A stretch of 64,000 nucleotides of DNA from Abditibacterium sp. (lineage in GTDB: Bacteria > Armatimonadota > Abditibacteriia > Abditibacteriales > Abditibacteriaceae). Positions within the stretch are counted from its first letter, which is position 1, and each line of letters opens with the position of its first letter. The stretch covers positions 2,368,001 through 2,432,000 of the forward strand of contig OZ251992.1 of assembly GCA_965246885.1 (NCBI GenBank), given 5' to 3'. Made by a program: the position numbers and the translations under genes. The notes under the pieces are model-generated. The model was not told where the DNA came from. It saw only the letters and a list, made by a program, of their open reading frames with translations, and ran no database searches. This document shows positions 1 through 9,678 of the stretch, piece by piece.

Positions 1-3000
1 CGGGCAGAACGGTCGCCGCGCCCGACGCCGTTTCATCTATCTTCGGCATCTTCTTGAGCGAGAACTTGCGCTTTTCGCCGTTGCCATTTCCGTTGCCGTG
101 CAATAGCGCCAAGGCTTCGGGCGAACCGGGGCGCGGCACGCCCTCGTTGAGGAGCGCGACCGCTTCGCGGAGCGTGAGCGCCGAGAAGGTGATTTTGTCG
201 GTGTAGAACTTGCCGACCGACGTGTCCGTATGCGACTCGAAGTAGTCGGCCAAGAACTGCGCCATCCCCAGCGACTGCAAGCCCGACACGGTGAAGGGGA
301 ACTCCAAGCGCCACAGATCGCCAACGGGTTCGCCCAACTCCGCTTTGCGCTCGTCCGGCTGCGATAAACGCGACGCGGCCCACGCTGGATACAGCGTCGA
401 AAGCAACACCGTCAGCATCACAATCAGCGTGGCGATGACCGCCGACGACGAGGAGTAGTTGAGCGTGATGCCCGGTAGCGCCCCCGTCGCCGTAATGACT
501 TTCGCCACTATCTGCGCGATGAGATACCCCGAAATCGAACCCAAGACCGCGTAAACGATGGCCTCGGCGATGAACAGCGCGGCGATGTGAATCGGGGCCA
601 GACCAATCGAAGAGTAGATGCCAATCTCGCGCGTTCGCTCGTAGACCGAGCCAAGCATGGTGTTTGCGATAATCATCGCGGCGATGGCGATGGGAATGGC
701 GAGTGAGGCGAAGCCCTCGTAGGAGGATGCCTCGACCGACGAATACAAGCGCGACACGAGAGGACTGCTCAGGATAGGATTGCCGTCTTTATCCATGTCA
801 TGCGTCGCGCCGAAAATGCCCAGCGCCGCGCGGTTCATCAAATCGCTTAATTCATGTTGCGCAACCTTCGCATCTTGGATGCCAACGGCAATCGAGCGCG
901 TCGTGGCGCCCATGTCCATCGCCGTTTGATACGGGATGACCAGTAAGGCGTTGGCCTGCATATGGGTGTAGCGTTGGACGGAGACTTCCTGCCCTTTGGC
1001 GCTTGAAGCCGACTGCGCGCTTTGCGACGATTTGGTTTGCTCGTTCGAGTAGTCAACGGGCGAGAACTCCTCGTTGTCTATGTCGCGCAGGTTGTCCTTG
1101 GCTTGCGCGCCGAACCACTGGCGGTCGTCGAAGATGCCAATGACTTTAAACTTCTTCCCGCTCACTTGCACGATCGAGCCGACCGCATTATCGAGGGTGA
1201 GGCCCAACTGTGCGCCGCTCGCGGTGGCGTCGTCCGTCTTGGGCGTGGGGGTCGCGTCGGTGGTCTGGCCTGCCGCTGCTTGCGTTGCCTCTCTTTCCTT
1301 TTGGCGCGTCGCGTCATCGAGCAAGATGTCGCGCGGGAGCAAACACACGTCTTTGTCGCCCGGTGCGAACCATCTGCCGCCCTTGAGAATCGTGCCCGGA
1401 AGCGGCGAGCCGATGCTTTGCTCTTCTGGCGTTAGCCCCAGCAGCGCTTGCGAGTAAAAGTGCTTGGTCGCGTCGCTCGCGTTCTCGACGCGCAGGGAAA
1501 GCGGGTCGCCTTCGGTGCGCGCCAGATACCACGCCCGTAGCGCCGGTTCGCCCAGCTTCTGCGCGCGGATTTCGTTGGTGATGGAGTTCGTCGCCACATC
1601 CGGCAGCGCCCCCCATGCCGCATCGCGGATGAGGAAGCCCTGATACGCGGGCGGACGGGGCGAGTCGCCGTAGGGCCGCGCGAAGTTGGCGATGCTCGCC
1701 GTCACGGACGTGAAGGAGAGCACCGTAAACGTCAGCAAAATCAGCGTGATGCACGTCAGCGCCGTGCGCGTCGGGCGGCGGCGCATATTGGCAATGCCCA
1801 AGCCCACCGCCGCGCCCAAAGCCGAGAGGCGACCCATGTCGGCGTAGTGCACGCCCTGCTTGAGGCGCTTGATCTCTTGCTCGAACTTCGACTGCAAAAA
1901 CGCCGTCACGACCACCGTCAGCGCCAGAATCACGAACGCGAGGAGGATGATAAACGGCGTTGCCGCCAACTCAAACGCCGGATGGACAAAGCGAATCGCG
2001 GTAAAGACGATGAGGAACACAATAGACGTGCCCGCGATCTGCTTGCGCACGTCGGGGAAGCCGAACAGCATCCGCTCCACGAAGTACGCGAAAGGAATGA
2101 GGAGCGCGAGGTAGAAGATGATGCCCTTCAGCACGTCTTGGGAGGTTGCTTCGACATCGGGATACGCGCGCGATTCCAAGCCAAAAGCGCGGCGCGCTTC
2201 GGCGTAGAAGGTGTCGTACTGCATCCCCGCGAGGGCCGTCTGCGCCCGGAGCAAAGAGCCGCCGTTGGGTTTGGTAACGGAAGTCGTCGGGCAGTTGAAC
2301 AGCCCCTTGGCCCCTCCCGTGTCCCCGGCGGGACAGCCCGCTTCGCCGTGCAGTTTGTCCACGCGCTCGTTGCTGATGCCAAACCCCTTCAGGAGGCGGA
2401 TGCGTTGCTGGTCGAGCGTCCACAGGTCACTCGCGGTTTGAAACGCGATGCGCGAAACGGTGTTAGTTTCGGGGCCATCCAGCACTTGGAACCCCTCGCC
2501 CTCAAAGCCGAGCGTACTGACGGCGCTGGGGCTACCCGAACTTTGCAAGAGCACCAAGCGCTTGCCCAAAAGCCCCTGCGCCATGATCATCTTGAAGCGC
2601 TGGCCCGCCTCCGAAAACACGATCGCGATGGGTTCGATGTCCGACACTCCCGGCGGTGAGGCTGGGCGCAGATAACCCGTCACGACCGGCTCAGCATCGG
2701 TCTTGGCGTCCAACACGGACATCTCCTTCAGGACGGAAAAGTAGCGCTGGTCGAGCGTATCGTAGATGGTCGCAGCGCGACACTTGAAGCAAATCAGCGA
2801 AACATCGGCGTTAAGTTGGTTCGCCGCCGCGTCCTTGACGGTCAATGAGCTTTGCGCTTTGGAAAAGGCGGGCGAGAAGCGTTGGCGGTCGCTTCCCAAG
2901 TCGGGCGCGAAGATGATGTGGCCGTCGCGGTTGACCGAATACGCTTCAAACTCATAATTCGGCGTGCCACCGCCCTTGGGGTCGCCCACGCGCGGGCCGA

Positions 3001-4765
3001 TAAAGACGAACTGCGCGACGGCGGGGGTGTCTTTGAGTGGCTTGGAGTAACTGGCGCGCTCGATCATCAGGCCGCGCACACCCGCATACGACTTGTTTTC
3101 GTTCGGGCCGCCATTTCTGTCCGAAACGGCGACACCAACGGCTTGCACGCCCGCCGCGCCTGTCGGGTCGAGTTTCTCGTCGGGGAGCGGCGTGTCGGGC
3201 AAAAAGGAGTTGGCTTTGGCGACGTCGCGGTAAATTGCGCGCCCCACTTCAAACCCGAAGACGCCCGACAACTGCGTCCTATCCGGCAACACGGGATTCC
3301 CTTTGGGGGCGTCGCCCACCGCCACATCGTCCAACGCGCGGCGCAGAAGTGGCTCGACCGAGTTCACCTGCGCCGCGAGGTTGGGCAGGTTCATGTTCGC
3401 CACCGTATCAAAGGGCGTGTCTTGCTCCAAGCGCGCGTCGTTGGCCGTAGCGAAAGAGACGCCCGGTATCTGCGCAAGGGTGGCGGCCTCCGAATCGAAG
3501 CCGATTTGCGCGGGCAGAAACGAGCGCCACGTGCGCCCGTCCTTGCCGGTTACGCCATCCACAAAGGTGTCGTCGGGATTGGTGTTGGTGGCCTTGGCTT
3601 GCTGGGCGGCGAAGCGCCCGACCGACTTGGCGAGGTTACCAAACTGGTTGAGCAGGATGTTCTCGCCACCCGTCGTCATCTGATTGTAGAACCAGCCCTT
3701 GGCGAAGAGGCCGACCGTTTGGGTGCGCGAGGTCAAGTCCAACCCCATGAAGGCGCGATACGAGGCAATTTCCGCTTTGAGCGCGTCGCCGCCTTTGCCG
3801 TCGCGGTCAACAGCGTGGGTCGCCAAGAAGTTGCGCACGCCCGCCAAGGCCAAGTGGTGCGCGCCGTTGGCGACGAAAAGGACGTTATCAGAGGGCGGGT
3901 TGGCTTTGAGGCGCGCCGCCAGTTCGAGCAGGGCCGCCATGTTGCCCGCCGCTTCCGCTCCGGGGGCAAGGTCGGGCACGACCGACATCGAGTCGAAATA
4001 CGCCGACACGATGATGGTATTGGCTTTGCCTTTCTCGCTCGTGGGATTCTTCCCCGGCAAGTAGCCCAGAATGTTGCGCGTGGGAACTGGTTCCCACGTC
4101 ACGAGGGACTTGAGCGTGGCGGTCTGGCCCGTTGCCGTTTTAAGAGCTTCGGCGTCCGCGCCCTGAACGTAGAAACGCGGCAACTCGACGGGCAAAAGGG
4201 CAAATTTGCGTTCGGCTTGGCCCCTATCCGTGTCATCGGGTGCCAAAAACACGATGGCTTTAGCGCCCAAATCGGCGGCGGTAATCCAGTTCATGCCGCA
4301 GTTAAAATCCAGAGCAACGATGGAGCCGTCTATCTTTTGCCCGTTGAAGTCCGACGGCAAGCCGCCGTGCGCATACACGAGCGGGCCGGACAACCCCTTT
4401 TCGGGGGTGGTCGAGCCAATTACTTGATTGGGATAAACCGGAAACGCCGGAAGCGTGCGTCCGTTGAGTTCGAGGGTCGTGCTGCCGTGAGTGAACGGCG
4501 CGGTCACTAAATACTCGTCGTGCTTGACTTGGGTCAGGCCAATGTCGTGGAAGCGCTTTTCTACATAATCGGCGGCGGCCAAGTTGCCCGGAGTGCCGGG
4601 AACGCGCGAAGGGTACTTAGTCAGCACCGCTATGTCGCTTTGCAGACGCGCCGAGAGCGCCGCGTCGGATGGGGGAGAAGCGGCTGGCGAGGCGGTTTGG
4701 GCGAGACCCACGCGCGCGAGGGCCAGCAGCAACAGGCAAGAAAACAGAGATCGGGGAAACGCCAT
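1..4765 (-). CDS. Giant membrane protein: signal peptide, PA/M28-peptidase-like fold and FtsX/MacB-like ABC permease; 3' end lies beyond the window edge
   Basis: Manual translation from ATG 4765 gives MAFPRSLFSCLLLLALARVGLAQ...SRVPGTPGNLAAADYV...RNILGYLPG...IIVSAYFDSMSVVPDLAPGAEAAG. The same frame near the left edge reads NTMLGSVYERTREIGIYSSIGLAPIHIAALFIAEA (FtsX-type motif). The middle was not fully translated; absence from the ORF track fits an ORF with no stop inside the window. Confidence 0.8.
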   Translation of the reverse strand, partial: MAFPRSLFSCLLLLALARVGLAQTASPAASPPSDAALSARLQSDIAVLTKYPSRVPGTPGNLAAADYVEKRFHDIGLTQVKHDEYLVTAPFTHGSTTLELNGRTLPAFPVYPNQVIGSTTPEKGLSGPLVYAHGGLPSDFNGQKIDGSIVALDFNCGMNWITAADLGAKAIVFLAPDDTDRGQAERKFALLPVELPRFYVQGADAEALKTATGQTATLKSLVTWEPVPTRNILGYLPGKNPTSEKGKANTIIVSAYFDSMSVVPDLAPGAEAAGNMAALLELAARLKANPPSDNVLFVANGAHHLALAGVRNFLATHAVDRDGKGGDALKAEIASYRAFMGLDLTSRTQTVGLFAKGWFYNQMTTGGENILLNQFGNLAKSVGRFAAQQAKATNTNPDDTFVDGVTGKDGRTWRSFLPAQIGFDSEAATLAQIPGVSFATANDARLEQDTPFDTVANMNLPNLAAQVNSVEPLLRRALDDVAVGDAPKGNPVLPDRTQLSGVFGFEVGRAIYRDVAKANSFLPDTPLPDEKLDPTGAAGVQAVGVAVSDRNGGPNENKSYAGVRGLMIERASYSKPLKDTPAVAQFVFIGPRVGDPKGGGTPNYEFEAYSVNRDGHIIFAPDLGSDRQRFSPAFSKAQSSLTVKDAAANQLNADVSLICFKCRAATIYDTLDQRYFSVLKEMSVLDAKTDAEPVVTGYLRPASPPGVSDIEPIAIVFSEAGQRFKMIMAQGLLGKRLVLLQSSGSPSAVSTLGFEGEGFQVLDGPETNTVSRIAFQTASDLWTLDQQRIRLLKGFGISNERVDKLHGEAGCPAGDTGGAKGLFNCPTTSVTKPNGGSLLRAQTALAGMQYDTFYAEARRAFGLESRAYPDVEATSQDVLKGIIFYLALLIPFAYFVERMLFGFPDVRKQIAGTSIVFLIVFTAIRFVHPAFELAATPFIILLAFVILALTVVVTAFLQSKFEQEIKRLKQGVHYADMGRLSALGAAVGLGIANMRRRPTRTALTCITLILLTFTVLSFTSVTASIANFARPYGDSPRPPAYQGFLIRDAAWGALPDVATNSITNEIRAQKLGEPALRAWYLARTEGDPLSLRVENASDATKHFYSQALLGLTPEEQSIGSPLPGTILKGGRWFAPGDKDVCLLPRDILLDDATRQKEREATQAAAGQTTDATPTPKTDDATASGAQLGLTLDNAVGSIVQVSGKKFKVIGIFDDRQWFGAQAKDNLRDIDNEEFSPVDYSNEQTKSSQSAQSASSAKGQEVSVQRYTHMQANALLVIPYQTAMDMGATTRSIAVGIQDAKVAQHELSDLMNRAALGIFGATHDMDKDGNPILSSPLVSRLYSSVEASSYEGFASLAIPIAIAAMIIANTMLGSVYERTREIGIYSSIGLAPIHIAALFIAEAIVYAVLGSISGYLIAQIVAKVITATGALPGITLNYSSSSAVIATLIVMLTVLLSTLYPAWAASRLSQPDERKAELGEPVGDLWRLEFPFTVSGLQSLGMAQFLADYFESHTDTSVGKFYTDKITFSALTLREAVALLNEGVPRPGSPEALALLHGNGNGNGEKRKFSLKKMPKIDETASGAATVLP

Positions 4766-4970
4766 TCAACAAATCCTTCAAACACAAATCCGCGCCGGTG
4801 CCCTACGCACCGACTCTTCTTAGAGCGGGAACAGCCATAAAGGTTAGCAGAAAAACGCGGCTTTTCTCTTCGTCTCCCTCTTTGGGCGCCACAGAGGAGC
4901 CGACATAGAGTAGAATTGCATCTACCGGGCGCCGATTTGCAGACGGGCGCCATCCCGAAGGAGGTCTCCT

Positions 4971-5861
4971 ATGGAACTGTATCAACTCAAGCTGTTCGTG
5001 GATTTGGCCGAAAAGAAGAACTTTACCCAAGTCGCCAACGAAAACTACGTCACCCAAGCCGCCGTCACCTTGCAAATTCGCAAGCTCGAATCGGAACTGG
5101 GCGTGCCCCTGTTCCACCGCACCACAAGGGCCGTCACCCTGTTGGAAGCGGGCCAAAAGCTGCTGCCCTACGCGACGCAGATGCTCAAACTGAGCGACGA
5201 AGCCAAGGAAATCGTGCGCGAAACCAAAACCGAAGTGTCCGGCTTGGTGCGTGTCGCATCCGTTCACTCGGTCGGGTTGTATGAACTGCCCGCTTACATC
5301 AAAAAATTCCTGACCAAGTTCCCCGGCGTCAACCTGCGCATCGAATATCGCACGTCCGACGACATCTACCGGGAGCTTTTGGCGGGCGACATAGATGTCG
5401 GTATCGTCGCTTATCCCAACGAGATGAGCCGCGTCGAAACGCGCCCTTTTTCCAGCGACGACTTGGCGATTTTCTGCCCGAAAGACCATCCGTTTGCCAA
5501 AAAGCAAAGCGTGGAACTGGCGGAACTGGCCGGTCAAAACTTCGTGCAATTCACCGAAGAAACTCCCACGCGCCGCGCGACGGACGCCGTCTTAGCCGAG
5601 CACGGCGTCGTGGTCAACGTGCGAACCGAATGCGATAACATCGAGGTGTTGAAGCAGATGATTGAAATCGGCTATGGCATTGCCATGTTGCCGCGCAACT
5701 CGCTCACGCCCACCGACCGCGAAGCGGGCCTGCGCATGATAGATATCAAAGACGTGAAGATCGAGCGACCTCTGGGCATCCTGCTTCTCAAGAACGCGCC
5801 CCGCTTTAAAGCGATGCGCGCTTTCGTGGACACCTTGTCGCCCAAACCGCCCGCCGCTTAA
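4971..5861 (+). CDS. LysR-family transcriptional regulator
   Basis: N-terminal HTH (NFTQVANENYVTQAAVTLQIRKLESELGVPLFHR), 296 aa, strong SD AAGGAGGT; divergent from the permease fusion. Confidence 0.95.
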   Translation: MELYQLKLFVDLAEKKNFTQVANENYVTQAAVTLQIRKLESELGVPLFHRTTRAVTLLEAGQKLLPYATQMLKLSDEAKEIVRETKTEVSGLVRVASVHSVGLYELPAYIKKFLTKFPGVNLRIEYRTSDDIYRELLAGDIDVGIVAYPNEMSRVETRPFSSDDLAIFCPKDHPFAKKQSVELAELAGQNFVQFTEETPTRRATDAVLAEHGVVVNVRTECDNIEVLKQMIEIGYGIAMLPRNSLTPTDREAGLRMIDIKDVKIERPLGILLLKNAPRFKAMRAFVDTLSPKPPAA

Positions 5862-5883
5862 CCCGTCTTCCAATTAACCACCA

Positions 5884-5913
5884 CAACCGCGCTTTTGAGA
5901 AAAGACGCGGTTG
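5884..5913 (+). terminator. Hairpin after lysR, possible terminator
   Basis: CAACCGCG-CTTTT...AAAAG-A-CGCGGTTG inverted repeat; U-tract is weak. Confidence 0.4.
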
Positions 5914-5940
5914 CTGCGTTTGGGAGTGGCGGTGAGCCGA

Positions 5941-6071
5941 TGACAGACGTCTGTCACCCGGTGGCGCGTGTCTGTCGGGGAATCCCGCGTGTCTGCCGAG
6001 GAACCCCACACGTCTGTCGCCCAGTGGCGCGTGTCTGTCAGCGCATGGCGCATGTCTGTGGGACGTTGACG
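5941..6071. repeat. Six degenerate 21-bp tandem units beginning with a perfect 16-bp palindrome
   Basis: GTCTG at 5949, 5970, 5991, 6012, 6033 and 6054; TGACAGACGTCTGTCA at 5941-5956. Confidence 0.9.
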
Positions 6072-6138
6072 GGAGGCGGTGACTGCGGCGCCGATATACG
6101 GGAAAGCGTGCGAGGAGGAACGGTCAAACTTCCCGGCG

Positions 6139-6813
6139 ATGAAATCTTTCGGGTGGCGGGAGCCGAGCGCGGCGCGGGCGGGCGGGCCGGTTCTGCTGGT
6201 GTCGTGTGTGCTGGTAGTGGGGGGATTGATATTTCACCCGCCGCCCACGCACGGCTTTGAGGAAAAACCCTCGCAACTGCACAACACGCCTTGGTGGGGG
6301 CCAATTCACGTTTCCATCGCGGCGGGGTTCGTCGGGTGCGTGTTGGGGTGTTTGCTGCTCTTGGTTGCAGGCGGGCCGCTTACGCGGCGGGCGGCGGGTG
6401 CTTTTGGTTGGGCGGCGATGTGTGTCGGAATGATCTTCTTTTCCGGCGTGGCGCTCATCAACGGCTGGGTGATGCACTTCCTGATAGACCAGAACGCGCC
6501 GCAGAGAGAGCCGCTGGTGTACGACGCTTTCAATCGGCTGCTCATCGGCTTCGGTTGGCTGGGCAACCCGCTTTTTCTGGCGGGCCTGACGGCAGTGGCG
6601 GCGCTCGAAGTGTGGGAGCGGACAATCGAACAACCCCGCTTTTGGGCGTGGTGGGGGCTGACGTTCGCCCTTTTGTCGTGGGGGCGCGGCGTCGGGTCGG
6701 CGACAGGGATGTACTTTTTGGAGCCGCTCATCTACGCTAACGTGCCCGCGTTTTTGTGGCTGGGCATCTATGGCGCGCGCGTTTTTAAGCTCTCCAAAAC
6801 GGGCGCGGCGTAG
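6139..6813 (+). CDS. Integral membrane protein of unknown function (~6 TM)
   Basis: Multiple hydrophobic segments. ATG 6139 preferred because CAAACT lies 8 nt upstream; the track starts at 6079. Confidence 0.75.
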   Translation: MKSFGWREPSAARAGGPVLLVSCVLVVGGLIFHPPPTHGFEEKPSQLHNTPWWGPIHVSIAAGFVGCVLGCLLLLVAGGPLTRRAAGAFGWAAMCVGMIFFSGVALINGWVMHFLIDQNAPQREPLVYDAFNRLLIGFGWLGNPLFLAGLTAVAALEVWERTIEQPRFWAWWGLTFALLSWGRGVGSATGMYFLEPLIYANVPAFLWLGIYGARVFKLSKTGAA

Positions 6814-6843
6814 TTGCAGGCGCGCTTTGCCAAACTCCCTCCC

Positions 6844-8097
6844 ATGAATACATCGGACTACGTGTTGGAGTTGGCGCAAAGCGCCCGAACTGCCTCGGTC
6901 GCGCTGCGCACTTTATCAACCGCCACGAAAAACGCGGCGCTCCTCGCAATGGCGCAGGCGTTGGTTGCGCGTCAAGGGGAAATTTTCGAGGCCAACGCGC
7001 GCGATGTCGCGCGCGCGCAGGAGCGCGGTTTGACGGGGGCGCTCTTGTCTCGCTTGCAACTCAACGAGAAGAAAGTGGCGGCGATGGCCGACGGTTGCCG
7101 GAGTGTGGCGGCGCTGCCCGATCCGGTCGGGCGCGTTTTGGCGGGCGAGCGGCGGCCTAACGGGTTGCAGATCGAACAGGTGCGCGTGCCTTTGGGCGTG
7201 GTCGCGGTGATTTTCGAGTCGCGCCCGAATGTGACGGTGGATGCCGCGATATTGGCCTTGAAAAGCGGGAACTCGGTCATTCTGCGCGGCGGCTCGGAGG
7301 CTTTGGAAACGAACGCCCTGCTCGCGCGTATTATCTCGGAGGCCGCAACTAAGAGCGGGGTGCCCGAAGGCGCCATTGGTTTTGTCGAAACCGCAGACCG
7401 CGCCGCGTCGGGCCAGTTGGCGACGCTCGATAGTCACATTGACCTCATCATTCCGCGTGGCGGCGAGGGGCTAAAAAAGGCGCTCCTGAGCGTGGCGACG
7501 GTGCCCGTCATCTTTGCGGCGGGCGGGGTGTGCCATGTTTTTGCGGACGCGAGCGCCGACTTGGAAATGGCGGCGAGCATCGCGGTGAACGCCAAGGTGT
7601 CTAATCCGGGGGTGTGCAACGCCTTGGAAACGCTCCTCGTTCACGAGGCCATCGCCGAGCGGTTCGTTCCCCTTGTCGCAGAGCGGCTGCGGGCGCAGTT
7701 GGTCGCCCTGAAGGGCGACGAACGGGCACAGGCGTTGGCTCCCGGAATGGAGGCCGCAACCGAAGAAGACTGGGCGGCGGAGTTCCTTGACCTGACTCTT
7801 GCCGTGCGCGTCGTGCCTGATCTGGACGCGGCCATTGACCATATCGGGCGCTATGGGACGCACCACTCCGACGCTATAGTGACGAACTCTTTTCCCAATG
7901 CCGAGCGCTTCGTGGCCGAGGTGGATTCGGCGGCGGTGTATGTCAACGCCTCGACGCGCTTTACCGACGGCTTCGAGTTCGGTCTGGGCGCCGAAGTCGG
8001 AATTTCGACGCAAAAGCTGCACGCGCGGGGGCCGATGGGCTTGGAAGCGCTCACCTCGACCAAGTATGTGGTGCGCGGCCAAGGGCAGATACGGTAG
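6844..8097 (+). CDS. proA: Gamma-glutamyl phosphate reductase
   Basis: VPLGVVAVIFESRPNVT, LKSGNSVILRGGSEA, VCNALETLL, NASTRFTDGFEFGLGAEVGISTQKLHARGPMGL. Confidence 0.97.
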   Translation: MNTSDYVLELAQSARTASVALRTLSTATKNAALLAMAQALVARQGEIFEANARDVARAQERGLTGALLSRLQLNEKKVAAMADGCRSVAALPDPVGRVLAGERRPNGLQIEQVRVPLGVVAVIFESRPNVTVDAAILALKSGNSVILRGGSEALETNALLARIISEAATKSGVPEGAIGFVETADRAASGQLATLDSHIDLIIPRGGEGLKKALLSVATVPVIFAAGGVCHVFADASADLEMAASIAVNAKVSNPGVCNALETLLVHEAIAERFVPLVAERLRAQLVALKGDERAQALAPGMEAATEEDWAAEFLDLTLAVRVVPDLDAAIDHIGRYGTHHSDAIVTNSFPNAERFVAEVDSAAVYVNASTRFTDGFEFGLGAEVGISTQKLHARGPMGLEALTSTKYVVRGQGQIR

Positions 8098-8138
8098 AAC
8101 CGCGCAAAAGCGCAACCGACACAAATTTTTTACCGCCC

Positions 8139-8669
8139 ATGCCCACTGCCGACCAATCTTCCACGTTGTGCCTGTCTTGTGGCTTGTGCTGCGATGGCAC
8201 TTTGTTCCGGCGCGTTGCCGTTGGGCCAGAGGACAACATCATTCGCCTTGAAGCCGCCGGATCACACGTTGTCTCCGAAGAAAACGTTTCGTTTTTCGTC
8301 CAGCCGTGCGTCTGTCTACACGACAAAAAATGCGGCATTTACCTCGATCGGCCCAAGGTGTGTCGCGGCTTCGCGTGCAAGTTGCTCGTCGGTTATCATG
8401 GCGAAGAGATTTCGTTCGAGCAAGCTGATGCGCTCATTCAGAAGTGCTTCACGCTCAAGGAGCGCGTGGAGGCCGAGTTGGAGCAAGTCGAACCTTCTTT
8501 GTTGGGCGTGCCGCCTCTGGCCCTGCCCGCTAAATTGGAGGAGCTAAGCGCGGGCGAGGACGGTCTGCGGTTTCGTCGCAAGTATGGGAAGCTCCTGCTT
8601 TTGCTGTGGGCGCTCAACGAGCACATCACGCTCCAGTTCCGTGACTTGCCGTCCGAAGAAACTCCGTAG
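8139..8669 (+). CDS. YkgJ-like cysteine-cluster (Zn/Fe-chelating) protein
   Basis: CLSCGLCC, PCVCL, CGIYLDRPKVCRGFAC pattern. Confidence 0.8.
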   Translation: MPTADQSSTLCLSCGLCCDGTLFRRVAVGPEDNIIRLEAAGSHVVSEENVSFFVQPCVCLHDKKCGIYLDRPKVCRGFACKLLVGYHGEEISFEQADALIQKCFTLKERVEAELEQVEPSLLGVPPLALPAKLEELSAGEDGLRFRRKYGKLLLLLWALNEHITLQFRDLPSEETP

Positions 8670-8688
8670 CTCAATTCTTCAACTTCTC

Positions 8689-9228
8689 ATGCCCGCTATT
8701 TTTCTTCTTGGTTTCATGGGTAGTGGCAAGAGTGCCGTTGCGCGGGCGTTGTCGCGTCAGATGGAGTGGCCGCTCATAGATTTGGACGCGCGCATCGAGC
8801 AGGAGATAGGGGTTCCCATCGCCCAGTTCTTCGCGGAGCGCGGCGAGGAAGCGTTTCGGGACGTGGAAACGCGCGTTTTGGAGCAGGTCGAAACCGAGAA
8901 AGTCGTGGTTTCGCTGGGCGGAGGAGTGCCAACGCGCCAAAAAAACCGGGAGATGTTGCAAATGGCGGCACGCAAGGGCGCTTTGGTCGTGTATTTAGCG
9001 GCCCGCGCCCAGACATTAGCGGAGCGGATACGGCGGCAACCGGGGAAACGGCCTTTAATAGACGGAGCCGGAACGCTGGGGTTCGAGGATACGCAGCGCC
9101 GCGTCGAAGAACTTCTGAGGGAGCGCGAGGGGTTTTACCGCGACTGCGCTTCCTTCGAGGTGGAAACCGACGAGCGCACTATTCCGCAAATCGCGGCGCT
9201 TATCGCCGACGAGTGGGCACGTTCTTAG
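8689..9228 (+). CDS. aroK: Shikimate kinase
   Basis: FLLGFMGSGKS Walker A, DLD, GEEAFRDVE, SLGGG, KRPL. Confidence 0.95.
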   Translation: MPAIFLLGFMGSGKSAVARALSRQMEWPLIDLDARIEQEIGVPIAQFFAERGEEAFRDVETRVLEQVETEKVVVSLGGGVPTRQKNREMLQMAARKGALVVYLAARAQTLAERIRRQPGKRPLIDGAGTLGFEDTQRRVEELLREREGFYRDCASFEVETDERTIPQIAALIADEWARS

Positions 9229-9246
9229 CGCGCGGGCCGCATTTTT

Positions 9247-9648
9247 ATGGCTTCTCGTATACAGGCCCACCTCTTGTTGGGGCCGATTTCCGCTTTTACA
9301 GCCCGTCCGCCGTTCGAGGCGGCGTGGCAACCGCCCATTGACATCTACGAGTTGGACGACCGCATCCTGATACAGGTCGAAGTGCCCGGTTTGCAAATGG
9401 ACGACTTGGAGCTTCACTTCGAGCGCGGCGAACTGCGCGTCGAGGGCGTGCGCGCCCGTCCGCCGCTCCCCGCGCCGATGCGCGCGGCGCGCGTGGAGAT
9501 GCTGTATGGCCCCTTTTCGCGCCGCATCCCCCTGCCTGATGACGCGCGCGGCGATGACATCCGCGCCACCTACGACGCCGGGATTTTGCAAATCCTCGTG
9601 CCGCGTCGCGTGCGCGGAACGGACAGCCGCCGCATCGAGATTTCGTAA
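9247..9648 (+). CDS. Hsp20/alpha-crystallin small heat-shock protein
   Basis: WQPPIDIYE...EVPGL...YGPFSRRIPLP...ATYDAGILQILVP. Confidence 0.92.
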   Translation: MASRIQAHLLLGPISAFTARPPFEAAWQPPIDIYELDDRILIQVEVPGLQMDDLELHFERGELRVEGVRARPPLPAPMRAARVEMLYGPFSRRIPLPDDARGDDIRATYDAGILQILVPRRVRGTDSRRIEIS

Positions 9649-9678
9649 CTTCCCGGCCCGCCAACCCAATACCTTATC

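Noticed and set aside
2852..4510. 552-aa plus-strand ORF (also 1847-2659)
   Set aside because: Antisense shadow of the minus-strand M28/FtsX gene; Arg-rich with no recognisable motifs.
5941..6071. CRISPR interpretation of the 21-bp arrays
   Set aside because: The period is far shorter than a repeat plus spacer, the constant part is only ~5-8 nt, and there are no cas genes.
5895..6260. Cys-repeat ORF as a RiPP precursor or metallothionein
   Set aside because: No modifying enzymes nearby and it overlaps the next gene; kept only as an alternative reading of the array.
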